Source of the DNA: Camelus ferus
Lineage: Eukaryota
DNA length: 64,000 nt
Assembly: GCF_009834535.1 (NCBI RefSeq)
Contig: NC_045696.1
Coordinates: forward strand, 40,178,001-40,242,000
Reading direction: 5' to 3'
Positions 38,201-49,990 of this stretch are shown here, piece after piece. Numbering within the stretch: the first letter of the stretch is position 1; each line of letters starts with the position of its first letter. The notes under the pieces were generated by a model. The model saw only the letters and a program-made list of their open reading frames with translations. It did not search any database and was not told where the DNA came from. Both the position numbers and the translations under genes were made by a program.

Positions 38201-40505
38201 AGAACTGGCAGAAGGCTGCCAAGTACCGATTTTGCCAAGCAGACCGTCAAAAAACAAGAAATACCATCTATTATCACCATCGTTTTTATTAAAGAAAGGC
38301 ATTTTAACACTAAAAATGGGAAAAGGTCACAAGCTTAGAAAAATAGAAAATGTTTCTCAAAGAACAGCAATTAAGCAAACTTGGGGAGAGACTTGAGGTG
38401 GAAAAAGGGACACATGACCTGAAGGAGGAGGCTTGTTAGAAAACAGCCCAGCCTGTCTGTCTAGTACAGAGGATCCTCTTGGAAATCAGGGCAAAGCTAC
38501 TTTGAGCAGCCCACATGCCACACCTGCCCTCACATACATCTCAAGGTCATTTGAGCAAGTTCCCCTGCTGCCTAAGCTAAGGAATTATTGTAGCTGCTCT
38601 GCTCTCAGACAACTCCATCCTTCAAAATCTGGCTGGAGGCCACACTGCAAATACCGAGCAGGATGAAGCTCACCCACTCCTGGAGTTTGCTGTCCCTCAG
38701 CCAAAGGCACTACACAGACACTTCTTTATATTCTACAGCCTGGAATACCTTAAGCTGTCCTTGAAAAGAGTCTCTTAAAGTTCTGGTCATGCAGAAAGGC
38801 TGTGCAGGTGTGGGAGAGAGCCCAAGCAGAAGTACTTGGGTGAAACCAACAGTAGTATCAAATCATTTTATCACGGTCAGGTAACTGTCCATGAAAAGGG
38901 TTTTAAGGCAATAGCTGGTATGTGCTCCAGTATGAGACTCTAAAAGCCAGAAAGTATTTATGGATGTTTTTAGGTGAACACAGTTCTTGAAATGCAGGTT
39001 TTTCTCAGATTTGCTAAAACCCATTTTAATATTCAGCTTGATTACTCATCACAAATTTGTTCTAAAAAGGCTAAGTGGCTAAACGACTATTTTTTTTTTT
39101 TTAACTAAATGCTTCAGGTCCAACTGTTTTGAGCTAAATTACTAGCGGTAGAAATATCCTAACCCTCTCAGTCTTCAGGGCACAATATCCCATAGTTTTT
39201 ATCAGGAATCAGTAAAAGGAAGTAGAAGGAATGGGGTTAGGCCAATGGCCAAAGCTGTAGTTATGGGAGAGAACTGGTACATTTCAATCCACACAAGGGG
39301 ATCCAGAAAGGACAGACTGCATAGATGCCCCAGTTCCCCATGTACCATTTGGTAGTCAACCCATTGTCTTTCACCCAGGTTTACTGCTAAATAATACAGA
39401 AGTTGGAAAGAAATGTAACAAGCTGGTAACATGAAATGTGATGAGGTCAGGATACACACACTCACATGCCCACACAACATGTGACTTAGGAGTTTCTTCT
39501 ATCACTGAGAACACGATTGCCATTTCTATCATCATCATTAATTAAAGTAAAATTCTTAAAACTTACTTCACCATTCATCTCTAGAGCTAAGCAGGATTAT
39601 TCCAGGCTTTCGGCCCAAGTTTTCTAAAAGCCTAGCTGATTAAAAGGTATTAACATTTATATTTTGCCAACAATGATTATACTCATTGTTGGTGAGTGTT
39701 ATGTGATAACCAAGATGTAACAAGAGAGATGCAGAAAAGCATAGTAAACATAACATTCGTATATAAAGGGTACTTGTCAGCAACTAAAGTGTGTTTCCTC
39801 CTTGGCAAAGGAAAGGAAGTTAACTCATGGACTTCAAGGCACCTTCTAGGTCTAGTATTTTATGACTGTGATTAGCAGACAATTTTTCAGAAGGCACCGA
39901 ATAAATAATGCAAGGTTCAAAATCCTTCAAAGGCTGATTATAAATTCTCAGCACTCCATTTTGTTTTTATCTTTTCTTCTTCCTGTTTTCTTTATCATGT
40001 ACCCATTTCTCATTAATACTGCTAATCAAAGAGGAAAGAAAGAGAAGTTCTGTTAAGTCAAATTTGATGAAATCAAAAGCTGAATTTTTGAGATTACCCA
40101 CAGAATTTTCCACATACTTCAATTTTTTGAAAATCTGTCTTTCTTCAGTGGCATTCAACAAGAAAGAGTTAGCTGTGGTTAAAACTCTGTTAAGCCTCAA
40201 GATTCCTTGGAAAAGCGTCTGGGAAGAAAAATGCCAGCGGAGAATGCAATCAACTTCTTTAGCTAGGGACCCCAACACAGCCGGCAATCTGGATATTTAT
40301 GCTGTTTGTGATAAGAATGAAAGCAACCAATAGTCCTTTCTTTGAAAAACATAACATAACCAGAAGCCATGACTTGCAAGTTTATAGCAAGCTTACCTCC
40401 TTCAGTTCAGGAGTATTTTACCAACTGAATGTTACTTTTCACAAATGTAAAGTTAAATCAACAACTGTCTTGGCATTCATGACACTATAGGTGAAAGAGC
40501 CTATG

Positions 40506-40637
40506 AAATGTGGAATTAACTTTTCAGGTTTGAAACTGATACACCAAGTTTACAAAAATAAAGCATTTGATAAATGTGGAATTAACTTTTCAGGTTTGAA
40601 ACTGATACACCAAGTTTACAAAAATAAAGCATTTGAT
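40506..40637. repeat. Perfect tandem duplication, 2 x 66 bp
   Basis: aaatgtggaattaac...aagcatttgat at 40506-40571 and 40572-40637. Confidence 0.97.
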
Positions 40638-40781
40638 GAGTGTTTTGCCAGCTCATGTAAATTCCATTCCCAATCATTACTCTTGATTCCCTAAGTAAGG
40701 AAACAGAAAGAAAGAGTATAATATGTTCAGAACAGAACTGAATGCTATTTGGAATAGGGGTTAAATACACATATAACATAC

Positions 40782-41055
40782 ATTTATTTATTTACTGTTT
40801 ATATTTATTGACATATAGATGATTTACAATATTGTGTGAGTGTCAGGTGTACTCCTAATTTATCTCTCCCCCAACTTTCCTTTTTGATAATCAAATTTGT
40901 TTTCTATGTCTGTGAGTCTATTTCTGTTTTGTAAATAAGTTCATTTGTATCACTTTTTTGGATTCCACATATTAGTGGTATAATATGATACTTGTCTTTC
41001 TCTGACTTCTTTTACTAAGTATGATCATCTCTAGGTCCAACGATGCTGCTACAAA
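40782..41055 (-). mobile_element. L1 3' UTR fragment, related to the young family, internally deleted
   Basis: tttgttttctatgtctgtgagtctatttctgttttgtaaataagttcatttgtatc. Confidence 0.85.
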
Positions 41056-41249
41056 TCATTTACTTTTTACTATTACTTACTACTACCATCCTTACTATTA
41101 TTAATATTGTACATTAGAGTTAAGTAGTTTACAAAGTGCTCTCACATATTTTTTTTCCCACTTTTACTTGACCTCCCTAATGCTTTGATGTAGATAAAAT
41201 AGCAAGTATTCCAATACATTAATTTAGCATCTGTTCACCACCATGGGCA

Positions 41250-41289
41250 ACACCACCACCACCACCACCACCACCACCACCACCACCAT
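41250..41289. repeat. (CAC)n microsatellite
   Basis: Read directly. Confidence 0.95.
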
Positions 41290-41294
41290 CAGTA

Positions 41295-41470
41295 GAGTGA
41301 GCACTTACTATTTGCCAAAGTCTACACTAAATGGTTTATGGGGATCATCTCTTTTAACCCTCACCACAACTCTGCAATTGGTGTTTTTTATCTCTGTTTT
41401 ACAGATGAGAAAACATAGTTGGCTGGGGCCTGCAATCTGGGGCTTCTGAGTCCAAGTGCAGTGTTCTCGC
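41295..41470 (-). mobile_element. MIR SINE
   Basis: gagcacttactatttgcca...ctcaccacaactctg...ttttacagatgagaaaac. Confidence 0.8.
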
Positions 41471-41894
41471 CACATTGTTTTAATAATGGAGTTAAAAAAG
41501 AACAAAGAGAATGCTAAAGTTTCCAGTTCATTTCATATCAGTTTCCTTCAGACAAAAATAAAGCAAGAAAGGGACCATGAAAAGAAAGTTAAATTTGCAA
41601 CCTCTTCCCAAAATAAATACTTACAAAAATGCAGCAGGCAAAAAATATTTGCCAAAATCTGGAGCTTTTGTAAATTGCAGTAAGGTTGCAATTCCACTAT
41701 ACTAGCAACTAAACAGAAAATTCTACTTTTAAACCTGCTACTGATCAAAAAAAAAAAAAAAACTATTTAAAAAGAAAATAAAGGACATTTTGTTAAAAAC
41801 CCTAGCAGTGTGGGATGGCCTACCATGACTGATAAAGCTCTTCAGTTTCCAAAAACTACCCTGGTTGCAGCTTGGTCGGTCTTCGGCTATCAAA

Positions 41895-42210
41895 TTCAAT
41901 TTCCATTCAACAAGTATTTAACAAGTGCCTACTGCATGTTTGATGTTGAGGGATATAGTGGTGAACAGGACACTTACTGTTCCTGCCTTTCTGGAGACTA
42001 TGAGCCAGAGGCAAAGACAGATGTAAGAGATTAATTATACTGTAGTAAGTTCCACAACAGAGAATTTACCCTGGTCTCGGCCGTCAGACGAACACTCTCT
42101 GAAAGAACGGCACTTAGATGAAATCTGAAGGAATGTCAGAGATAGTCTGTTGAAGAGGTGGTACGAGGACTTGGAGAAGAGAATCCGAGGAGCAGAAATG
42201 TGGTCACTCA
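41895..42210 (-). mobile_element. L2 3' region
   Basis: cattcaacaagtatttaacaagtgcctactgcatg...gtgaacagga. Confidence 0.75.
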
Positions 42211-42933
42211 AAACCACGGGAGGATATCTTCATCTTCCATGAGATGAAGGTCGTTTCCATAATCTATTTCAGGGTGAAAGTTCAGAGGAGCAGTGATTAT
42301 ATATATGACTATATAGTCTATCTTTAAAATATTTCCCTTACTCAGCCCAGAATTCCCACACTCTTAAAAAACTAGTCTATAACTCCTTCACTCTGGAAAG
42401 AAGGTGAAAGAAACATACTGATAGTGTTTCAGCTAATAGTGGTTTTAATCAATGTCAGGAAAAAAAAATAAGGTATTCATTTAAAAGGACATGAGAAGAT
42501 AAAATGGAAATGAAAAAAGAAAGATGACTGGGGTAGGGATATAAATATAGAAAAGGAAAGAATGCCCTAAACGAAACAGAATCAGAGTAATAAAAATTAA
42601 AAATTTAATATGATGCACTGTCAGTTACCTGCATCTGACCTAAAGAATTCACAACTATTCATTATTCCAGATTATACTGCACTTAGGATCACAAGACTAT
42701 ACAGTGTAGATTTCCTTTCCTGTATTCTGCTTAAGTTTGTTAAGCTTGTAAACAAAAAGCAAATACATTAAAACTCTTAATTCTTTCCCTTTTCCTCATA
42801 TAGTTTTCTAATTCATTCTGACACTCACACAAGCATCAGTTTTAGATTGATAAGGACACCAACTGACAGGATAAGAAAGCACCCCAAAGAGTACTAGGAA
42901 AGGAGGAAAATGAAGTTTTCCAGAAGCAATTCA

Positions 42934-43225
42934 TGTGCTAAATATTCTCTAGCTGTCCAGTCAGATGCATATACCAATCTTTTCCACTCTGCTCTGTGCT
43001 TCAGAGGTTCACCTGCATCCAGGAGTTCACTTGGGCCTCCAGCTGGGTGTGGTCAATGGGAGGTACCCGGAGGATATCAGAGGATGGGAGGACAGGGAGA
43101 TTGACATGCTTCCCTATCCCTGGTTGGTTTTCATTAATCTCACCCACAACCTTAAAAACAGCCCCTTCATTAATTGCTCCTTGATGGCCTAAGTTGAATG
43201 TGCTGTCTCTTTCTTTGCCCCCAGC
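42934..43225 (+). mobile_element. LTR33-like ERVL solo LTR, internally deleted
   Basis: tgtgctaaatattctct...ctgctctgtgc...ggtcaatgggagg...gccccttcattaa. Confidence 0.7.
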
Positions 43226-43497
43226 CTCCCAAACTGGAAAAAGTCTAGTTACACAGAAGTGCAATGCAAGCTTAGGGCAAGCAATGATAGACAAGGGGAA
43301 GGTATATTCACAAGATAGTATGTTAGAATAAGAAACCCATTTGGAAACATCTCTACAGTATGTCTATCAATTTTTCTCCTTTATCAAGAAGAGAGAAATA
43401 ACACTATATTTCGAGGAGAAACAGCTAGAACCATTTTCAGGATAGCCATCAGGAGGAACTATTTGGAAGGAGTTGGTGATAGGTACACTGGACTTAC

Positions 43498-43568
43498 CTG
43501 TAGCCTCCAAAAATAACAGAGCTTTCCAAATACCCATGCAAATCTCCAGTGCCCATTTCCCTCATCAT
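43498..43568 (-). CDS. Candidate alternative first coding exon, MMREMGTGDLHGYLESSVIFGGY + phase-2 AG
   Basis: Perfect donor CAG|gtaagt; ATGs in gccaggATGA and gaaATGG; another frame gives MGIWKALLFLEAT with a phase-1 end. Confidence 0.25.
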
Positions 43569-45404
43569 CCTGGCTAAGGTATGCCCATCCAGGATGACCT
43601 CAGTGGCCTCATCCTAACTCTTCTTCCCCAAAATGAATATTTTATAAGAATATCTAATAATCTGGCAAAAATTACATTAAGTTGTAGACCTCAGGCTGCT
43701 AATAATACAGGGGGAAAAGAAGACCTCCTTCTCTCTTTTACTACCACTGTAGTAAAATTCTACTGGCTTTCTCTTAGCTATATGCATTAGGATAATAGAA
43801 ATTAGCTAAAATGTCAGGTACTAACCAATAAGTGAATCTCTGATATGTTTAAACCAGTCACCAAATGTTTATCTCTGCTTCTTAGAGGAAAAATATGTTA
43901 CACTATCCAAGGTAAAGCTGCTGATTTTAATTTCTGCCATCTTCCTGTGTGGCTCTAAGTAACAATGACAGCTAAATTATTTTTTCTCGACCTAAGAGTA
44001 ATGTGTTGGGCTTCCTTTTTAATGACAACAATCTTTTTGTTGCCAAATGCTTCACGTCTTAAATAATAGCTTGAATCTTGGCTGCAATTATAAGATAAGA
44101 TTTTTCTCATAACTTTCTCACAATGGATTTTCATCAGCTCCTTTATAAAGGAAATTAAAATTTGCCTTGAACTTCAAGTTCAAGTATCTGAAATTGGACA
44201 CACCATTGGCACATTCAGACATGGTATTTTAAAAGGAATAAAATTTTCTTTATAGAGTTTTTCATAATATTTTATCTCTAAAGAAAAAGAGGAGGAAAAT
44301 CTAACTGAAGTTAATGAATGATCGATACGGGTTGGATAGCGAAGTGACTCTAAAGTGTAGATAATACATTTCCACAAACATAGGGTGCTAACTTCTAAAT
44401 ATGCCCAAAAGAAAATCTATTTACCTTTCAAAATTTCTCAGTAGTATCTGAGATCTAGACAAGATGCTTATAAGCAGGTTTGATGTAAAACAGTATCAAC
44501 TGCCAGACAATAAAGGACACAACAGCTATGGGTTCCAAAGAGTGAGTGACACCCTCATTGCTCAGCACAGACAACACAACAATAGATATGGCCTAATAAA
44601 AGCAAGATGTCCCCAGGAACTAGCAAGAAACTCCTTTCAGGCAAAGTTGTCAGCTCATTTTTTCCAGAACCCAAGCTGGGGCTTTGCATAACCTGAAAGT
44701 AAACAGCCCTGACGCCAGAACTTGAGAAATACCGAACTCCACACTTGTGAAGTGCCCATCCACAAGTCTGGATTCCAGCTCCCTGGCTTGCCCTAAATGT
44801 CCTCTTCCTTTAATGCTGAGCAAGTACTTTCAGCTTTGATGGTAGGTGGGATTTGCCCAGGTAACGATCTCCGATAGGAGAAAACATTTGGAATGAGATA
44901 ACGGTTAATTCAAAGGCAACATCTGTGGGAAATATGATTGCAAACTAGGAAAGCAAGTTGTCTATCAGGAGACGAGTGATTCATAAATGCTTCTGGCAGG
45001 GGCTCACACAGATGGAATCGTGTACACATGCTATCTTTTCCCACTACGATTTTTGCCTAACAGTAAGTGATTGCAGGCCTGACGAGTATGCATTGTGATC
45101 GAAAGCAAATGTAATGAACTTTCTGATCAAAGCACCATTGAATCTCTTCCCTTGTGATATTCCCCACTCTGGCTTCTTCCCTTCAGTAGGCACCTTTGGG
45201 AGGTTCTTAACTGAAATGTTCGTGCAGATGCAAATACTGTGACTTCCCTCCTGGCGGGGATCTCAACCTTGACAGGATACAAGGGAAAGAAAAATCTCAT
45301 GTCTACTTCCCAGCAGCTCTAGAAAAAATGCCATCACTACTGTTTGGGCCAAATGAGGCATGAGAGTTGGTCTCTAGAGTAAAGACACCACGCACACAGA
45401 ATCT

Positions 45405-45570
45405 GAGAGTGTCAGAATTGGGATCTTAAGACTCACAGTCCAGAATTCTCATTGTACAGAGACTGAGATTCAAGGAAGTCAAAATGGTTTGCCAACTGTC
45501 TCATAACTAATCATTGGCAGAACCGGAATTATTAATCCAATTCCCCTGATTCCTAATGGGCTTTTCTCCC
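45405..45570 (-). mobile_element. MIR SINE
   Basis: ctcattgtacagagactgagattcaaggaagtcaaaatggtttgccaa. Confidence 0.6.
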
Positions 45571-45589
45571 ATTTTAACACAGTTTTTTA

Positions 45590-47720
45590 ATTCATTTCTA
45601 CATCAGGTATTTATTCAATGTCTCTTATGTTGCAAGCAATATCTGAGTGCTGGAAAAAGGAATGGGGCACAAGAAAGACAAAAAGTTCACCTCAATTAGC
45701 TAACATTCTAGGGGGAGAGAATAACAGAATTCAGATAAAGAAATAAATATATAGTATGCCTGGTAGTAGTAAATGCTTCAAAGAAAATAAAGGCCCAAGG
45801 ACAGAGAGAGATAAGGGGTAGCTATTCAAGAGATAGTGATCAAGGCAACTATCTGCAGTGACATTTAATCAGAGTCTGAATGAGGTGAGGGTGCAAACCA
45901 CACAAATAGCTGAGGGAAAAAACTTTCTGGGTGGAGAGAACAATGAGTACAAAGTCCAGGAAGCCAGAATGAGCTTAGTGTGCTTTGGCGGAGGGTGGGT
46001 GGCGGGGAGCGTGCACCAACTAAGTGAAGGGGAACAGTGAAGGTGCAATCAGAGGGGCCACTAGAGGGCTGATCTTAAGATTTTTTAACAGGTTATTCTG
46101 GCTGTTATGTGGAGAACAAACTAAAGAAAGGGGAGAGAGAAAGAGAAGATCAGCAAGCCCAGCAATAAAGAGGCATCTCCCTAAGGTAGAATTTAAGTGC
46201 CTTGAGAGCATGGATTTTTATTTGGCTTGTTCATTGCTGCAAAATCACTACCAAGAACAGTGCCTGGCACATGTTGGGGTCTTAGACATATTTTCTGATT
46301 GAGCGGGTATCTGAGAGGTGAGACCAAGAGGAAAGTTGACAGTAGCTTGGACTAGAATAATAGCAGTAAAAACAGTGAGAAATGGATGGGTATGGGTGAT
46401 GTTTTGAAAGTAGAAGTGACAAGAAAAGGTTTCAAATTGGATATGTATACTTAGTAAGACAGAATTCAAGAATGACTCCTAGGTTTTTGTCTGAAGTCCT
46501 CTGGGTAAACAGTGGTAACCTCCCAGGGAAAAACAGATTCAGTGGGGAAAATAAAAAATTCTGTCTTGATCATATTACATTTGAGCTGTTTACTGGCCTT
46601 TCAAATGGAAATGTTGGGTAAGCAGTTGAACAGAAGTGTCTGGAGCTCAGGGAAGAGATTAGGGTTGGAGATATAAATGGATAGTGTTTAAAACTATTAA
46701 ATACCATAAAGTCACCCAAAGGATAAATGTAGATGGCAAAATTGTTGGAGTCTAGGGACCCCTAGGGAACCCCACAGTTTCCAGGTGAATAGTAGAAGAA
46801 TCAGCAAAGGCTTCTTGCCTAACACAAAGCAATGCAGGCAAAGATGCCTGGAAGAGAAAAACCAGAAACTGAAGTATCTGAGGAGCCAAGCAATATAAAA
46901 GTGTGTTTCAAAAGGAAAGAGAGTTGAACTGTTTCAGTCTATCCTGAAAGGTCAAGGTGAAGACTGAGAATTACCTATGTGATCTAACCACACTGAGGTC
47001 ACTGGTGACACTAAGAAGTTCAGTTTCACTGGCATGATAGGGACAAAACCCTCACTGGAGTGAATTCCAAAGAAAGGAGAGAAAAGGAAAACTAGACAAA
47101 TTTTCTAGGAAATTTGCTACAAAAGAAGTACAGAAATGGGGAGGGAATTAGAGTTAGAAGGTGAGAGTCAAAGGAGGATTTTGGTTTTTTTTTCCAGGTC
47201 AGAGTCTTGACAACAAGCTTGTATACTGATAGGAAGATCCAACAGAAATGGAAGAATTCATGTAACAGAGAAATGGAATATTTCAAGAGAAAACTCTGGG
47301 TTAGACAAAAAGAAAATAGGGTCCAAAGCACAAGTGGAGGACTATGTTTAGAACAGAGCAGGCACAGTTGATCTGGAAGGGAGGAAAGGCAGAGTACACT
47401 AGGGCAGATATGACTTGGTGGTAAAAAAGAGAGGAAGTCCTGCTCTGATTGCTTCTTTCTCTCCCAGTGAAATAAGAAGGTCATCAGCTGAGAACACGAA
47501 GAAGGAAGCAATGTCTGAAATTTAAAGAAAAAAGTGAGGAAATAGCTGTAGGAGACTGATTCCCAGCAAGACACTCTATGCAGCACAAGCATCAGGTGGA
47601 AGAGCAACAGAGGATATCAAATACAGTCACCAAGTTGCCAAAATATGAGGGACACCTGAGGAGTCAGGTGTGGGCAGTGAAAGAGGAAGGGGTGGCTCCA
47701 AATGAGCTAGAGGTGCAGAA
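45590..47720 (-). mobile_element. Long L2 (about 2.1 kb) with a short opposite-strand L2 tail inserted near 46190-46280
   Basis: tatttattcaatgtc...tggagctcagggaagaga...gaaaggtcaaggtgaagactgagaatt...gaggtcactggtgac. Confidence 0.8.
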
Positions 47721-48451
47721 AGAGGTGACAGGACTTGTTTTAGACAATGTTCCCCTACCTCAAAAATTTGGAGAACATTAAGATGGAATAGATTCATGCT
47801 GCTCTTCATGGAAATGCAAATATTAAAAAGTAATAAATTTACTTTTGTGATTCAGGAGGAAAACATTTGTCACCTAAAAGCATTAGTTCTTTCATTTGAA
47901 CAATTCAATGAAATAATGTAGAACCACATTTTGGACAGCAATCATCAACTCATTAATATTATGCTATTTAATAATACTGTAATGCATCCTGTACAGGACA
48001 GAAGATGAGTAACTTAAGTTGAAGCAATTACCTAATAATAATAATAGTAATAATGACAGAATTATACGTTCTCTCAGTGTTTCAGTGGGTAGGAATCAGA
48101 AAGGCTTACTCATTTAATCTGAGGAGTTCTATTATTTATTCTCTATTGTAGTTTTATTTTTAGCTGTCTGCTTCTTTTTCTATGGAAGGTTTTGATTAAT
48201 TCCTCTTACTGTTTTATAAATCTCTCTCTTAAGTACAGTTTTAGATAGCAAAGCAATTCAAATCTTTCAGGAGTTTGAAGGTTTCCTTTTTCCTTCAACA
48301 CTTTTAAAGCACTTAAGCTCCATTATGAGGTCCAAAAAAACCAACATAAATAGCTTAGCAACTTTGGACTTTCTTTGAGTTAAGGAACAACAACATTGTC
48401 ATTTTCAAACTGGCTTCTCACATTGATTTGTGACAGAGAGGATTCAAAAAC

Positions 48452-48486
48452 CACACACACACATACACACACACACACACACACAC
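48452..48486. repeat. (CA)n microsatellite
   Basis: Read directly. Confidence 0.95.
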
Positions 48487-48496
48487 AAAGAAACAC

Positions 48497-48837
48497 AGTC
48501 ATAGTTCTTTTGCACTGCTATACCAAAAATGCCATAAGCTGGGTGGCTTAAACAACAAATGTTTATTTCTCACAGTTCTGAAGGTTGGGAATTCTCAGAT
48601 CAGGATGCCAGCATGGTCATCATCTAGTGAAAACTGGTGACTTCAAGCTCGGTCCTCACATGGTGGAAGAGGTGCAGGAGTTCTCTGGGGTCTTTTACAA
48701 CCTCGTTTATGGGGGCTCCACCCTTAAGACCTAATCACTAATTGTAATTAACTCCCAACCACTCTCCCTCCTGATATCACCACATCTGAGGGTAGAGTTT
48801 CAACACATGAATTTGGAGGGGCAGGAGGCAAACATTC

Positions 48838-48845
<8 letters not shown>
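48497..48845 (-). mobile_element. MLT1A-like MaLR solo LTR
   Basis: gggtggcttaaacaacaaatgtttatttctcacagttctga...tttcaacacatgaatttggagg. Confidence 0.85.

Positions 48846-48889
<44 letters not shown>
48842..48889. repeat. (CA)n microsatellite, about 24 units
   Basis: Read directly. Confidence 0.95.
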
Positions 48890-48891
<2 letters not shown>

Positions 48892-49559
48892 CTTACAGCT
48901 TTTTTCCAAGCTCAAATGGATTTAGGACAAGTTTTTGCCTATCCTTTAGATTTCATTGTAAGGAAGTAGCCTCAAAATTACTTTTGTTCTTATTCTGAAT
49001 TAGAAATGAAATTTACATCTAAAATATCTTGGATTATATTAATTTGGGTCTTAATAGAATGTTTTCAGAGAGGTTTAATATATTCTACTAAATTAAAACT
49101 CTTTTCTGACTTCTGAAAGAAAACATCTCCATCATTTCCTCTGTTAAATTTCTTTTCCCTTTTTTGCTAATCCACACTCACATTGGGTTTCTGGAAGAAC
49201 ATCACTACACACACAAGATTGCACGTTCATGTACCCATCTGGACTTCTTTGGATGAAGGTAGAAGCCCTCTTGTCCCACACAACTAAGACTACATCTAGG
49301 TGACTATTCTTTTGAATGAGCCGAACTCAGCAGGAAAGACAGACAAAAGGATTACTGTTCCACAGTTTTTACTCCTGCTGTGGCCAGTGCCCTCTTATCT
49401 AAGCTACTGTAACCAAGTCAGTCACACAACATGGGGCTAATCAGGAATCTAAGCAAACCAAGACTAGGTGACATAAAGGCTCAGGGGTCCAACTGAGATG
49501 CAAAAATGGGCCTGAATTGGGACAATTAGCCAATCCAAAGTCAAAAACATAAAGTCAAA

Positions 49560-49760
49560 AGCTCAGTCTTTGGAGTTAGGCTTATGTTCAAGTCCTAGTT
49601 ACACAAGAGGACGGATGTTTAATCTTTAAAATGTTATTCAATTTCTCTGACCTCAACTATAAAATGGCAATAAAAATGGCCATATCTCAGAGTTGTGAGG
49701 ATCAAAAGAGATGATATACATAATTCAATTAGTATATAATGACATGCATTATGCCTTTGA
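49560..49760 (+). mobile_element. MIR SINE
   Basis: tttggagttaggcttatgttcaagtcctag...tctcagagttgtgaggatcaaaagagat. Confidence 0.65.
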
Positions 49761-49789
49761 TGGTCTACTTTGTAAACAAGGAAGTGGAT

Positions 49790-49990
49790 CTCAATTAATC
49801 CTCAAAACAGTCCTATGAGGTAAGCTCTATTATTTTTGGTCTTTTTTTTTTTTACAGACAAATTGAAGCAGAGAGTAACTTTGAATTTGAGTAACTTGCT
49901 CAAAGACACACAGCAAATCAAAGCCAGAGACAAAAACCTAAACCTAAGCATTCTAACTCTGTAGTCTATTCTCCTACCCACTACACAAAA
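49790..49990 (-). mobile_element. MIR SINE
   Basis: taatcctcaaaacagtcctatgaggtaag...gagtaacttgctcaaagacacacagc. Confidence 0.75.

Noticed and set aside
40391..40430. Minus-strand mini-exon ending GAG|gtaagc
   Set aside because: Stops in all three frames and a poor acceptor; at most non-coding
40491..40694. ORF with a 22-aa repeat, or a CRISPR-like repeat
   Set aside because: A by-product of the 66-bp duplication; there are no spacers or cas genes and the DNA is eukaryotic
41243..41449. Poly-Thr ORF starting MGN
   Set aside because: Produced by a (CAC)n tract followed by a MIR
47092..47607. Longest ORF, 171 aa and hydrophobic
   Set aside because: Lies within a decayed L2; the Leu/Phe/Ser bias comes from the pyrimidine-rich strand
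49560..49990. Inverted MIR pair as a double-stranded RNA or editing substrate
   Set aside because: The two copies look too diverged to pair stably
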